DNA from: Candidatus Micrarchaeota archaeon
Lineage (GTDB): Archaea > Micrarchaeota > Micrarchaeia > Anstonellales > Anstonellaceae
DNA length: 16,304 nt
Direction: 5' to 3'
NCBI GenBank assembly: GCA_043810635.1
Contig: JBDRNY010000070.1
Span: forward strand, 1-16,304
Part shown: positions 5,678 through 15,226 of the stretch, one piece after another
How positions within the stretch are numbered: the first letter of the stretch is position 1
How the letters are laid out: each line of letters opens with the position of its first letter
Position numbers and translations under genes: made by a program
The notes under the pieces: generated by a model
What the model saw: only the letters and a program-made list of their open reading frames with translations
Database searches by the model: none
What the model was told of the DNA's origin: nothing

Positions 5678-7381
5678 ATGGAAAACAAGGATAGTGCACA
5701 AAAGGAGGAAAATGCCGGGAAAAAGAGGAGTGGTGCGGGAAAAAAGGGAGATGCGGAAGGTAGTGCGGGAAAGACAGGAAATGCCCGGGAAAAGATTGCG
5801 GGAAAAGAAGTGGATAAGGGGAAGGAGAATGCGGGAAAGGGGGAGGGAATTATTATTCCGGACTTTACCGAGGGATTGAGAAATGGGGTAAAGAAAGTAA
5901 GGCCCAAAAATGAGAGGGTGAGATGGGCTGTATTTATTGCAATTGTTGCAATTACAATATTTTTGTTTGCCACGCTGCTTTCAACAGATTTTTCTGCAAT
6001 GGCAAAAGCGATTGGTTCGGCAATAATTTTCCTCATTTCAGGGGAAGTGATGCGCGCATTGATGGATTGGGAAGGTTTTTGGGGGCTTATATTATTCAAA
6101 GACAGGAAGGCGTTGGGGTGGATTGACAGGCAGGCGGGAAAATACAAAGAGGTATGGATTGCTATTGCAGATATTGGATTGGTGCTTGGATATGGATTAT
6201 TTAGCTGGTTTTTAATTGGAAAAGAGCAGAGGAAGGGGAAGAATTTGCTTTTAATGTATGGAATGGGCATGCCCCTGCTTTTGTTGTTTTCAATATTTGC
6301 TGCGCCAATGGCTTTGCCTGTAATCAGCGCAATGATTAGCGGGGGGGATTTTCAGACAGCATCAATACATATGAAAGACAGCTTGGAAGGGGTGGGAACA
6401 CTTGATTTTGAAATCAACGGGGAAAATGTGGAATTTTCAATATTTGGAATAGCCATGCTTGTTGTATTGGTTTTGGGCGGGCTGGCAACATCTGTTTTGC
6501 TTTCGCTTGTGGTGTATGCAATAGTTATATTGCCTCCATTGGCTGCAAAAATAATTTCAATAATTGTTGCACTTGTAACAGGCCAGGAATTTTCAGTGGA
6601 TGATGTGCCGCCTCCGGGAGGGGCGCCCATTTTGCCGGGAATTAATCTGCCTTTTGTGGAAGGAATACTTGCATTGGCATCTCTTTTGATTGTGCATGAA
6701 ATGTCGCATGCATTGCTTGCAAGGGTTTCAAAAGTAAAATTGGATTCTGCGGGGGTGGTGTTTTTTGGAATACTTCCTTTTGGCGCGTTTGTGGACCCTG
6801 TGGAAAAAGATATGGAAAAAATTGAGGGGTATGAAGTTAACAGGATAATTGTTGCGGGCTCTGCTGCAAATTTTGCTTTAGCAATAGTTTCATTCTTTTT
6901 GCTTACAGCATTTTTCTGGGGCACCCAGGATTTGAGAATGGAAGGGTGGAAAGTGGTTTCAGGAAATTTGCCTAAAGGGGCGATTGTTTATTCGATGGAT
7001 GGAATTGGATATAAGGGGCAGAATATTACCCTGCCTGCAAATTCAAAAATTGTTGTTAATACCCATTTGGGGGAGTTTGAAAAAGATACTGATGAAGAGG
7101 GGAAGATTGGAATTAAGATGGTGAAAGTGCACAAATCCGGCGCTGGGTTTGCTTACCAATTCAAGAAAGGATGGGAATGGATGGACTTTATTATCAATAC
7201 TTTAGGATTGATGTTTGCAACAAATATGCTTGTCGGAATTGTGAATTTATTGCCTATTCCGCTGTTTGACGGGCAGAGGCTTATGCTGAACGGGGTAAAG
7301 AATAAAAAAATTGCGCTTGCAATTACGGTGTTGGCAAGCGGTGCTTTTCTGGTAAACCTTCTTCCATGGATTTTTAAGTAG
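5678..7381 (+). CDS. Site-2 protease (peptidase M50) family membrane metalloprotease
   Basis: HEMSH zinc motif, GAFVDP, AGSAANF and NLLPIPLFDG motifs, many TM segments and a low-complexity N-terminus. ATG 5678 is preferred over GTG 5663. Confidence 0.92.
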   Translation: MENKDSAQKEENAGKKRSGAGKKGDAEGSAGKTGNAREKIAGKEVDKGKENAGKGEGIIIPDFTEGLRNGVKKVRPKNERVRWAVFIAIVAITIFLFATLLSTDFSAMAKAIGSAIIFLISGEVMRALMDWEGFWGLILFKDRKALGWIDRQAGKYKEVWIAIADIGLVLGYGLFSWFLIGKEQRKGKNLLLMYGMGMPLLLLFSIFAAPMALPVISAMISGGDFQTASIHMKDSLEGVGTLDFEINGENVEFSIFGIAMLVVLVLGGLATSVLLSLVVYAIVILPPLAAKIISIIVALVTGQEFSVDDVPPPGGAPILPGINLPFVEGILALASLLIVHEMSHALLARVSKVKLDSAGVVFFGILPFGAFVDPVEKDMEKIEGYEVNRIIVAGSAANFALAIVSFFLLTAFFWGTQDLRMEGWKVVSGNLPKGAIVYSMDGIGYKGQNITLPANSKIVVNTHLGEFEKDTDEEGKIGIKMVKVHKSGAGFAYQFKKGWEWMDFIINTLGLMFATNMLVGIVNLLPIPLFDGQRLMLNGVKNKKIALAITVLASGAFLVNLLPWIFK

Positions 7382-7394
7382 GGGAATAAGCAGC

Positions 7395-7402
7395 TTTATA
7401 AA
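7395..7402 (+). promoter_or_regulatory. TATA box, leaderless-type spacing
   Basis: TTTATAAA ends ~22 nt before ATG 7424, and there is no SD. Confidence 0.5.
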
Positions 7403-7423
7403 GTATTTCTTGTTTTTCATCTT

Positions 7424-8023
7424 ATGGCAAGCAAGAAGTCCAAGACAGGAGCCATCGAAAGATATAACGCCGGCGTGGTTTTTTACAACAAAAAGGATTA
7501 CACCAAGGCAATATCTGAATTCAGGGGCGCCTTGAGCGCTGATTCGAAAAATGTAAGATATAGGACCGCGCTGGCAAATTCTTACAACAACAGAGGAGTA
7601 TCACGGTATGAAGCAAAGAAGTATGAAATGGCAGCCAGTGATTTTGAAAAAGCTGCGGGTTTGGAATCAAACAACAATCAATATGCGGAAAATTTGAAGC
7701 TTGCAAAAGATTCTATGAAAAAAGACAAAATGGACGGGCTGTGCAAAGGGGCATATGCAAGCTATAACAAAAAGAAATATACCGAATCCATTAAAATGCT
7801 GAAAGAGACTGCAAAATTGAGCCCTAAAGACAGGGATTTGATTGAAGCGCTGGCAGTTGCATATAACGGAAGGGGAGTAAAACATTATGAAGAAGGGAAA
7901 TTTGAGAAAGCAATAGATGACTTTTCAAGGGCAAAGCAGCTATGGCCTGCTGAAGAACAGTATGGCAAAAATCTGCAATGGACAAAAGTTGCGGCGAGAA
8001 GGAGCAAAAAGAAAAAGAAATAA
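7424..8023 (+). CDS. Tetratricopeptide repeat protein
   Basis: Two internally similar halves with TPR consensus: ALANSYNNRGV..YE.KKYE.A..DF.KA and ALAVAYNGRGV.HYE.GKFEKA..DF.RA. Confidence 0.88.
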   Translation: MASKKSKTGAIERYNAGVVFYNKKDYTKAISEFRGALSADSKNVRYRTALANSYNNRGVSRYEAKKYEMAASDFEKAAGLESNNNQYAENLKLAKDSMKKDKMDGLCKGAYASYNKKKYTESIKMLKETAKLSPKDRDLIEALAVAYNGRGVKHYEEGKFEKAIDDFSRAKQLWPAEEQYGKNLQWTKVAARRSKKKKK

Positions 8024-8126
8024 ATACTTTTGAATAAGCAACTTACTCTGCCGAGAGCTGACAGATAGATTTAAATACCACAAAAAATCATATAATAACA
8101 CCATAACACTCAGGGTAGATGAGAAT

Positions 8127-8711
8127 ATGGACGTTTTGCAAAAATTGGATATACGGAAAATCTTCAAGAATAGGGGGAACGGAATAGTTGCTAATGGGAA
8201 TTTTGGCAAAAGCGGCGGAAGTTCTATTTTTGAATATGCAAATAAGAAGAATGAGGAAAATACGAAAATGAATAATATAGGCGGAAATGGAGAAAGGAAA
8301 CGCGGCCCTTATTTTGAAAAAATAAAAATCAGATTTGAAAGAGTGGCACAAATAAGGAGTGAAATTGACAGATTAGATTATAATGCTGAAGAAAGGATAG
8401 AGCTTGCAGAAGAGGCGGCTGAGAATTGCTTTCAGATTGCCAGTATAAAGGAAAAGAGAGGAAAAGAAGTTTCTAATGATGCGAAAAATATCCTGCTGGA
8501 TAAAAAAATAAGAGACATATTGAATGTTTTGGCAGAGAGTGAAATTAAGATGGCATGTGAATTTTATGAAAAAGCAAACCAATGGGCCCATTACGCTTTT
8601 TCATTAAACCTTCAAGAACTGAAAAACGACGCAGACGGAACTATTGAAAAAAATAATGAAATATTGGATATTGGGAAAAAAATAGTTGAGGCTAAAGAAA
8701 ATGTTGGATAA
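8127..8711 (+). CDS. Hypothetical protein, charged and helical
   Basis: 194-aa ORF with host-like purine-rich coding skew and a TTTAAATA box upstream. No recognised motif. Confidence 0.7.
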   Translation: MDVLQKLDIRKIFKNRGNGIVANGNFGKSGGSSIFEYANKKNEENTKMNNIGGNGERKRGPYFEKIKIRFERVAQIRSEIDRLDYNAEERIELAEEAAENCFQIASIKEKRGKEVSNDAKNILLDKKIRDILNVLAESEIKMACEFYEKANQWAHYAFSLNLQELKNDADGTIEKNNEILDIGKKIVEAKENVG

Positions 8712-8717
8712 ATCTGC

Positions 8718-8732
8718 TTTTTAACTTTTTTT
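8718..8732 (+). terminator. Oligo-T archaeal terminator candidate
   Basis: T5 and T7 tracts immediately follow the stop at 8711. Confidence 0.4.
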
Positions 8733-8783
8733 ACAACTGACTTTTTAAATTAAATTAAGCATAATTATTTGTAAGGTGGGAGA

Positions 8784-9467
8784 ATGATAAAGATATTGCG
8801 TGAAGATTATGCTAAAAATGTTTATGAAAAAACCAATGGCAAACCGGGGCCTGTAAAAAGATTCTTCTTGCGGCTAAACCATGAGTATAACGAAGATATT
8901 TATGCAAAAATGATGCTTTTTGATTTCAATTACCATAAAGCAACTGAGTTTAGGAAAAAAGACATGCATAAAGATGCTGTTAAATATGCAAAAAAAGCTT
9001 TGAAATATGACAAAGACGGCTTGGAGTATAATGGAAGTGGGGAGTATAAAAAAAGCCATCCAAGAGTTCTTGATAATGAGCATGATGCAAAAAAGGCAGA
9101 GTTGAATATGATTATAGGGGAGTATCACCTCTATGAAGGAATAGAGGCAAGGGGAATTTTTGAAAAATATGATGAAAAGAAAGAGCCAGAGGTTTATACT
9201 TTTCCAAGAATGGCGGGCGAAGGAGAATTTATGGTTAGCATAACATACAAAACAAAACAAGACTATTTGAAAAAAGCATTAGAAGAAGCTGGGGAAGCAA
9301 AACAATTTTTTGAAAATGCGGCAGAAAGTTATGATGCTGCCGGGAATGGGGTAGAAGCAAGAAGAGCAGAATGGAATGCCGAAGACGCAAAATCGCTTGC
9401 AGGCTGGGCAGCAATGCAAGATATAATACTGTTTGGAAAAGAGAGTGCTAATGCACAGGAATTATGA
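8784..9467 (+). CDS. Hypothetical protein, helical and TPR/SNAP-like in character
   Basis: 227-aa ORF with SD-like AGGTGG upstream and amphipathic helices (AVKYAKKAL, AKQFFENAAESY). Confidence 0.7.
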   Translation: MIKILREDYAKNVYEKTNGKPGPVKRFFLRLNHEYNEDIYAKMMLFDFNYHKATEFRKKDMHKDAVKYAKKALKYDKDGLEYNGSGEYKKSHPRVLDNEHDAKKAELNMIIGEYHLYEGIEARGIFEKYDEKKEPEVYTFPRMAGEGEFMVSITYKTKQDYLKKALEEAGEAKQFFENAAESYDAAGNGVEARRAEWNAEDAKSLAGWAAMQDIILFGKESANAQEL

Positions 9468-9521
9468 AGAAAATAGGCTCTGCCGCTCTCTTTTTAATAT
9501 ATTTCAAGCACAAATTAGGCT

Positions 9522-11465
9522 ATGGCAAACACCATAGAGCTAACACTACCTGATGAAAGCAAATTGCAAATGCCTAAAGCAAGCACTGCTTATGATGCGG
9601 CAATGAAAATAGGGGAAGGATTGGCAAGGGCGGCGGTTGCTGCTAAAGTGGATGGGAAATTAGTGGATTTGGGCAGGAAGCTGGTTAAGGATGCAAAATT
9701 TGAAGTTGTAAAGGCGGACAGTGAGGAAGGGCTGGATGTTATGAGGCATTCATGCTCTCATGTGATGGCGCAGGCAGTGCTGAGGGTTTTTCCGCATGTG
9801 AAAGTAACTATTGGGCCGACTATTGATAATGGATTTTATTATGATTTTGCAAAAAAAGAGCCATTTACTCCGGAAGATTTGGTAAAAATTGAGGGGGAAA
9901 TGAAGAAAATTGTTGGGGAGGGACAGGTTTTTGAAAGAAAGGAAGTGGGGAGAAAAGAAGCGCTGGAATTGTATAAAGATAATGTGTATAAAAGGGAAGT
10001 TATTAATGAATTGTCTGAAGATGCGGGCGTGAGTGTTTATTATAACAGGAAAAGCGAGAAAAGCCCCAAGGGAGGGAAGGAATTTTTTGATTTGTGCACA
10101 GGCCCGCATTTGCCAAATACTGGAAAAGTGGGGGCGTTTAAACTATTGAAAGTAGCAGGAGCTTATTGGAGGGGAGATTCGAAAAATGACATGCTTCAAA
10201 GGATTTATGGCACTTGCTATGCAACAAAAAAAGAGTTGGATGAATATTTGAAAAGAATAGAAGAGGCGGAAAAAAGAGACCATAGGAAAATTGGGAAAGA
10301 ATTGCAGCTGATTATGTTTTCTGAAATGGCTCCTGGAATGCCTATTCTTTTGCCTAAGGGAATGGTTGTTTGGAATGAATTAGAGCAATTTATAAGAGGG
10401 GAGCAGAGGAAGAGGGGTTATGATGAGATTAAAACTCCGATATTGCTTAACAGCAAAATATGGCATATTTCCGGGCATTGGGAGCATTACAAAGACAATA
10501 TGTATTTTACAAATATTGATGAGCAGGAATATGCAATAAAGCCTATGAATTGCCCGGGATGCATGCTGGTATTTAAGAATTCTACAAGAAGTTATCGGGA
10601 TTTGCCATTGAAAATAAGTGAATTGGGATTGGTGCACAGGCATGAATTGTCAGGAGTGCTTTCAGGAATGTTTAGGGTGAGGGCATTTATGCAGGATGAT
10701 TCGCACATATTTTGCACTCAAGAACAGATGGAAGAAGAAGTTGTGGGAGTTATTGAATTGGTAAAAGCAATATTTGCGCCGTTTAATTTTGAATATTTTG
10801 CAGAATTGTCAACTCGCCCTCAAAAGTTTATGGGAAAAATTGAAAATTGGAATACTGCTGAAAGGGTGCTGGAAAATGCGCTGAAAAGAGTGGAAATTAA
10901 ATATGAAATAAATAAAGGGGATGGGGCATTTTACGGGCCGAAAATTGATTTTAAAGTGAAGGATGCTATTGGAAGGATTTGGCAATTATCAACTATTCAA
11001 TTGGATTTTCAGATGCCTGAAAGGTTTGGATTGGAATATGAAGGGGGGGATGGAAAGCCGCACACTCCGATTGTAATACACCGGGCAATCTACGGCTCTC
11101 TTGAAAGGTTTATTGGGGTGTTGATTGAGCATTATGCAGGAAAATTCCCAATATGGCTTTCGCCTGTGCAAATTGCATTATTGCCCCTTGCTGATGAATT
11201 TAAGGATTATTCCAATATATTGGCAATGAAATTGAAGGAGAAAGGGTTTAGAGTGATGGTAAATGAAAAAGCTGAAACAATTAATGCAAAAATAAGAGAT
11301 GCGCAAATGCAGAAAATACCATATATGCTTGTAATAGGCAAGAGAGAGAGTGAAGGGGGGGAATTGCAAATAAGGCAGAGAAATGGAAAGCAATTTAAGA
11401 TGAAAGTGGGGGAGTTTATTAAGCATGTTGAAGAAATGGTTAGGGAGAAGAAAAATATAGAATGA
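9522..11465 (+). CDS. thrS: Threonine--tRNA ligase, bacterial-type (TGS + N2 editing + class II core + anticodon domain)
   Basis: Editing motifs RHSCSH and DLCTGPH; AGAYWRGD; RDHRKIG; KPMNCP; HRHELSG; GAFYGPKID; IHRAIYGSLERF. Confidence 0.98.
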   Translation: MANTIELTLPDESKLQMPKASTAYDAAMKIGEGLARAAVAAKVDGKLVDLGRKLVKDAKFEVVKADSEEGLDVMRHSCSHVMAQAVLRVFPHVKVTIGPTIDNGFYYDFAKKEPFTPEDLVKIEGEMKKIVGEGQVFERKEVGRKEALELYKDNVYKREVINELSEDAGVSVYYNRKSEKSPKGGKEFFDLCTGPHLPNTGKVGAFKLLKVAGAYWRGDSKNDMLQRIYGTCYATKKELDEYLKRIEEAEKRDHRKIGKELQLIMFSEMAPGMPILLPKGMVVWNELEQFIRGEQRKRGYDEIKTPILLNSKIWHISGHWEHYKDNMYFTNIDEQEYAIKPMNCPGCMLVFKNSTRSYRDLPLKISELGLVHRHELSGVLSGMFRVRAFMQDDSHIFCTQEQMEEEVVGVIELVKAIFAPFNFEYFAELSTRPQKFMGKIENWNTAERVLENALKRVEIKYEINKGDGAFYGPKIDFKVKDAIGRIWQLSTIQLDFQMPERFGLEYEGGDGKPHTPIVIHRAIYGSLERFIGVLIEHYAGKFPIWLSPVQIALLPLADEFKDYSNILAMKLKEKGFRVMVNEKAETINAKIRDAQMQKIPYMLVIGKRESEGGELQIRQRNGKQFKMKVGEFIKHVEEMVREKKNIE

Positions 11466-11551
11466 CGGAAAAATGCGAGAGCGGGAAAAAATAAAAATAA
11501 ATTGGGAAGAAAGCAAATGAATGGTTGGCGGGAAGAAAAAATATAGAATAA
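11436..11551 (+). repeat. Degenerate duplication of the thrS 3' end
   Basis: ATGGTTAGGGAGAAGAAAAATATAGAATGA (11436-11465) vs ATGGTTGGCGGGAAGAAAAAATATAGAATAA (11521-11551). Confidence 0.65.
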
Positions 11552-11552
11552 A

Positions 11553-12149
11553 ATGATGATGAGTATGCTAAAAGAAATGGGCGCGGGAATGCAAAAGAAA
11601 ATGGGGGAGATATTGAAATTTTTGCCCCTTAATCCAAATCAAATCACTACTATTGCCCTTATTCTTGCTATTGCGGGTGCATATTATACTTATGAAAAGG
11701 ATATTTTTGGCCCTATTTTGATTTTTATTGCTTTTTTTCTTGATGTGCTGGACGGGGCAGTTGCAAGGGCAAGAGGGGAGGCAACAAAATTCGGGGCTTA
11801 TTTAGACGGGATAAATGACAGGCTGGTGGAATTTTTTGCTTTGCTTCCGCTGTTTTTTGATTCTATGCTGATGGTACCGGCATTGCTTATATTGTTCTTT
11901 GGCACATGCATGCACAGCTTTTCAAAAGCGTATGCATCACACAGAAAGGTCATGGGTGTGGGTGCTGCAGCGGGAATAAAATCTGTTATGGCAAGGGCGG
12001 AAAGGGTTGCCGGAATATTGATAGTGCTGGTATTGTTTGTTGTTGGACATATTGTTTGGGCTTATTATTTAATTTGGGTAATTGCAATAATTTCAATTCT
12101 TGCCTTTATTTTGCTGCAATTCAGGGTGTATGGGAAAGTGAGGGGTTGA
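11553..12149 (+). CDS. CDP-alcohol phosphatidyltransferase (archaetidylinositol-phosphate/PgsA-like)
   Basis: NPNQIT and the signature DVLDGAVARARGEATKFGAYLDGINDR, plus RAER and TM helices. The exact start is uncertain because several Met codons are available. Confidence 0.92.
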   Translation: MMMSMLKEMGAGMQKKMGEILKFLPLNPNQITTIALILAIAGAYYTYEKDIFGPILIFIAFFLDVLDGAVARARGEATKFGAYLDGINDRLVEFFALLPLFFDSMLMVPALLILFFGTCMHSFSKAYASHRKVMGVGAAAGIKSVMARAERVAGILIVLVLFVVGHIVWAYYLIWVIAIISILAFILLQFRVYGKVRG

Positions 12150-12151
12150 AG

Positions 12152-13432
12152 TTAGTTTATCCTGTCTGCTATTTTTTGGGCATCTTTTATTACTTTTTTT
12201 TCATTTATTGTGAGAAGTTTTTTGTTTTTCATAACCCATTTTCCGTTTATCATCACATCACATACATTTTGAGGGCCTGTAGAATAAACAAGCCAGCCTG
12301 CATTGTTTGTGAATGGAATTAGGTTGGGGGAGGAGGCATCCAGGAATGTTAAATCTGCCAAACAGCCTTCTTTTATTTTTCCTGCATTTAATTTTAGTGC
12401 AGATGCTCCGCCTGCTGTTGCCATATGCAAATAATCGCCAGCTTTTACTGCGGCAGCATTGGAATTTGAATTCTTTTGAATTAATGCCCCCAGTTTCATG
12501 GATTCAAACAAATCCAAATTATTGTTGCTGGCTGCCCCATCTGTGCCTATTGCCAAATTTGCTTTTGCATTTAAATATTTAGGAATTGGGGCAATGCCGC
12601 TTGCCAATTTCAAATTTGCCACAGGGCAGTGGGCAACAGATGAGCCGGCATTTGCAATAAGCGAAATTTCATGCGCAGTTGCATGCACCCCGTGCGCAAG
12701 CACTGTATTTGAAGCAAGGCAATTGCATTTATTTAAAAATTCAATTGGGTGTTTTTTGTAATTTTTAAGAGTAAATTCAACTTCTTCTTTTGTTTCTGAT
12801 GCATGCGTGTGGAGGATGCACCCGAATTCTTTTGCAAGCTGGGCAGAATGTTTTAGCAATTGGGGGGAGCAGGTGGCGGGCGCGTGGGGGTTTATTGAAG
12901 GGGTAAGGAGGGGGGAATGGGAGGTTGAGATTTTTTGGGCAAATTGTTTTGCGATTTTTAATTCTGAAATTCCTTTTCCACTAAAATCACCCATATCAAT
13001 CATTGAATATCCCAATACAGAGCGCATGTTTGCCGAAGAGACGGCGGATGCAACAGAATCCATGTGAAAATAGTGGTCATTAAATGTTGTTATTCCGCTT
13101 CTTATCATTTCCGCAATTGCAAGCAAAGCGCCTGTTTTTATATCCGAGGGGGAGAGCTTTTTTTCCCTTGGCCACATCTCTTTTTTCATCCACTCATTTA
13201 ATTGCAAATCATCCCCCACCCCGCGCAAAAGAGACATTGGCGCATGAGTGTGGGCATTTATCAATCCCGGAAGGAGGATTTTTCCTGTGCAATCTGTTTT
13301 TTCAGCCCCTTTTGCATTTATTGATTTTTTTATTTTATTTATTTTGTTATTGCTTATCAAAACATCTGAGCGGCTGAAAGAATATGGGGCATCGGGGGAG
13401 AGAATTATTGCGTTTTTTAGCACAATTTCCAT
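12152..13432 (-). CDS. mtaD: 5'-methylthioadenosine/S-adenosylhomocysteine (5'-deoxyadenosine) deaminase, amidohydrolase family
   Basis: Motifs PGLINAHTH, EMIRSGITTF, PHA, HTHASET, LAHGVH, HCPVANLKLASG and GTDGAASNN. Exact substrate is inferred from family membership. Confidence 0.82.
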   Translation of the reverse strand: MEIVLKNAIILSPDAPYSFSRSDVLISNNKINKIKKSINAKGAEKTDCTGKILLPGLINAHTHAPMSLLRGVGDDLQLNEWMKKEMWPREKKLSPSDIKTGALLAIAEMIRSGITTFNDHYFHMDSVASAVSSANMRSVLGYSMIDMGDFSGKGISELKIAKQFAQKISTSHSPLLTPSINPHAPATCSPQLLKHSAQLAKEFGCILHTHASETKEEVEFTLKNYKKHPIEFLNKCNCLASNTVLAHGVHATAHEISLIANAGSSVAHCPVANLKLASGIAPIPKYLNAKANLAIGTDGAASNNNLDLFESMKLGALIQKNSNSNAAAVKAGDYLHMATAGGASALKLNAGKIKEGCLADLTFLDASSPNLIPFTNNAGWLVYSTGPQNVCDVMINGKWVMKNKKLLTINEKKVIKDAQKIADRIN

Positions 13433-13450
13433 GCTATAGATTGGAAAGCA

Positions 13451-13467
13451 TATAATATAAATTTTTC
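13451..13467. promoter_or_regulatory. Divergent promoter region between mtaD and the OB-fold gene
   Basis: On the minus strand, GAAAAA-TTTATATT (BRE-TATA-like) lies ~22 nt before ATG 13432. On the plus strand, TATAATATAAA lies ~26 nt before ATG 13487. Confidence 0.45.
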
Positions 13468-13486
13468 AAATGAATAGTTTTGCATT

Positions 13487-13879
13487 ATGAAGCTTCTTGC
13501 GCCTTCTTTGGACTGGGAAAATTCCCAGTATATGGCTATTTTGCTTGCAATAATAGGAATTGCCATGCTTTATTTTTGGTCAATGGAATTGGGATATGAA
13601 AAAATAAGCATTGCGCAAATTGGAATTTCTGAAAAAGGGAAGGCAGTTGAATTTGAGGGGAAAGTTGAGGAAATAAGGGATAAAAAAGAAGGGAATAGCA
13701 TAAGCGTTTGCTCTGAATTGCAGGATTGTGTTAGCGTGTATGTGAGGGATGATGCTGAAGGGGATTGGGTTGCAGATGACCCCGTGTATTCTGAAGGAGA
13801 GGTGAAAGTTTTGGGCGAGGTTGAAGAGCTGTATGGAAACAGGTTTGTGAGGGCGCACAAAGTAAATGTAATAAGATGA
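13487..13879 (+). CDS. Membrane-anchored OB-fold-like protein
   Basis: An N-terminal TM helix is followed by GKAVEFEGKV...VSVYV...GEVKVLGEVEELYG, a beta-strand pattern typical of OB folds. Confidence 0.65.
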   Translation: MKLLAPSLDWENSQYMAILLAIIGIAMLYFWSMELGYEKISIAQIGISEKGKAVEFEGKVEEIRDKKEGNSISVCSELQDCVSVYVRDDAEGDWVADDPVYSEGEVKVLGEVEELYGNRFVRAHKVNVIR

Positions 13880-13911
13880 TGGCGGGAAAAATGGCGCGAG
13901 GAGAGTGTTTG

Positions 13912-14040
13912 TTTTTGAGGCGGATGAAATTGTTTGGGGAAAGGGAAAAAATATTTTGGATTTGGTTGAATTTTTTTGGGTGGATGAAATTGTACAGAGG
14001 ATGGAGAAAGGAATATTTTGAAGATGTTGTTGGTTGAAAT
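13912..14040 (+). repeat. Degenerate ~60-bp tandem duplication running into the tctA start
   Basis: TTTTTG.G.GGATGAAATTGT ... AATATTTTG ... TTGGTTGAA occurs twice in the same order, starting at ~13912 and ~13973. Confidence 0.6.
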
Positions 14041-15226
14041 GGCGAATATTCCCCTGCTTGTTTTGATTGGAGCGCTTGTTCTTGGAATATTTTCAGGCAT
14101 TCTGCCGGGGCTTCATCCGAACAGCATTGGGGCAATATTGATTGATATTTTTGGAAATAATGAAATTTTGCCTATTGTATTAATTCTTATTTTGGGGGTG
14201 CACAGTGCATTGGCATTTCTTCCTTCAATTTTCCTAGGAATTCCTGAAGGGCAGACTCAAATTGCATTATTGCCGGGGCAGAGGATGTTTAGGGAAGGAA
14301 GGGGGGTGGAAGCTGCTGTTGTATGTGCAATTTCTGTTTTAGTTGCAACTGTTGTAAGCATAATTTCAATTCCGTTTATTTTTCCGCACATACCCGCAAT
14401 TTTTGAATTTGTAAAGCCCTGGATTGGGCACATACTTGTTTTTGCATCAGCAGTATTGCTTGCAAATGAAAGAAAATTAGGGAGGATGGGGAGGGCGGCA
14501 ATAGTATTTTTGCTTGCAGGTGCGGTTGGGGGAATTGCTTTGGATATGCCTATGAATGAGCCTCTTTTTGCATTGTTTGTTGGCTTTTTTACAATGCCTA
14601 TATTGCTTGGGGGGGAGTTGAGGCAGAAAATTCCTGAAAAAAAAGTAAAGCAGGATTATTCTCTCGGCTATTTGCCTTATGTATTATTGGGGGTGGTGCT
14701 GGGGGCTGTGGCAGATTTGCTGCCTGGCATTTCCACACCCGCGCAAATTGCTGTATTTACATCAGTTTTGTTTGGAATGGGCTCGGCAAGAAATTTTCTG
14801 GCGCATGTGGCGGCAATTGAGGCAAGCCATAATGTGTTTGCCCTTGCATCTGCCGCAGGGGTTGGCATTGCAAGGGTGGGCATGGTTGCGATGGCAAATA
14901 ATATTTCCCCTATAAATGAAAGAAATTTGCCTGTATTGGCTGGAGGGTTTTTGCTTGCAATAGGCATAGGCGCATTTTTGCTTGTAAGGATGGGAAAAAT
15001 TTTGGGGGGAAAGATAAATCAGATAGATATGGATGCGCTTTCAAAAGCGCTTGCAGTATATTTGCTTTTAATGATATTTTTAAGTGACGGCATATTGGGG
15101 GTGGCAGTGCTTGCTGTTGCAACTGTTGTCGGATTTTTGCCAAGAATTTGGGGAATTGGGAGAACACATGTGATGGGCAGTTTGATAATTCCTTCTACAT
15201 TGCATGCATTCGGGCTCTGTCCCTAA
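14024..15226 (+). CDS. TctA-family (tripartite tricarboxylate transporter / DUF112) permease with its C-terminus altered by an IS
   Basis: Motifs GIFSGILPGLHPN, FLPSIFLGIP, LLPGQRMFREGRG and LLPGIS. The start could be 14018, 14024 or 14039. The stop codon is supplied by the IS left end. Confidence 0.85.
   Translation: MLLVEMANIPLLVLIGALVLGIFSGILPGLHPNSIGAILIDIFGNNEILPIVLILILGVHSALAFLPSIFLGIPEGQTQIALLPGQRMFREGRGVEAAVVCAISVLVATVVSIISIPFIFPHIPAIFEFVKPWIGHILVFASAVLLANERKLGRMGRAAIVFLLAGAVGGIALDMPMNEPLFALFVGFFTMPILLGGELRQKIPEKKVKQDYSLGYLPYVLLGVVLGAVADLLPGISTPAQIAVFTSVLFGMGSARNFLAHVAAIEASHNVFALASAAGVGIARVGMVAMANNISPINERNLPVLAGGFLLAIGIGAFLLVRMGKILGGKINQIDMDALSKALAVYLLLMIFLSDGILGVAVLAVATVVGFLPRIWGIGRTHVMGSLIIPSTLHAFGLCP

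Noticed and set aside
11553..11563. ATGATGA C-box match
   Set aside because: It is the Met-Met-Met start of the phosphatidyltransferase, with no D boxes at the expected distance.
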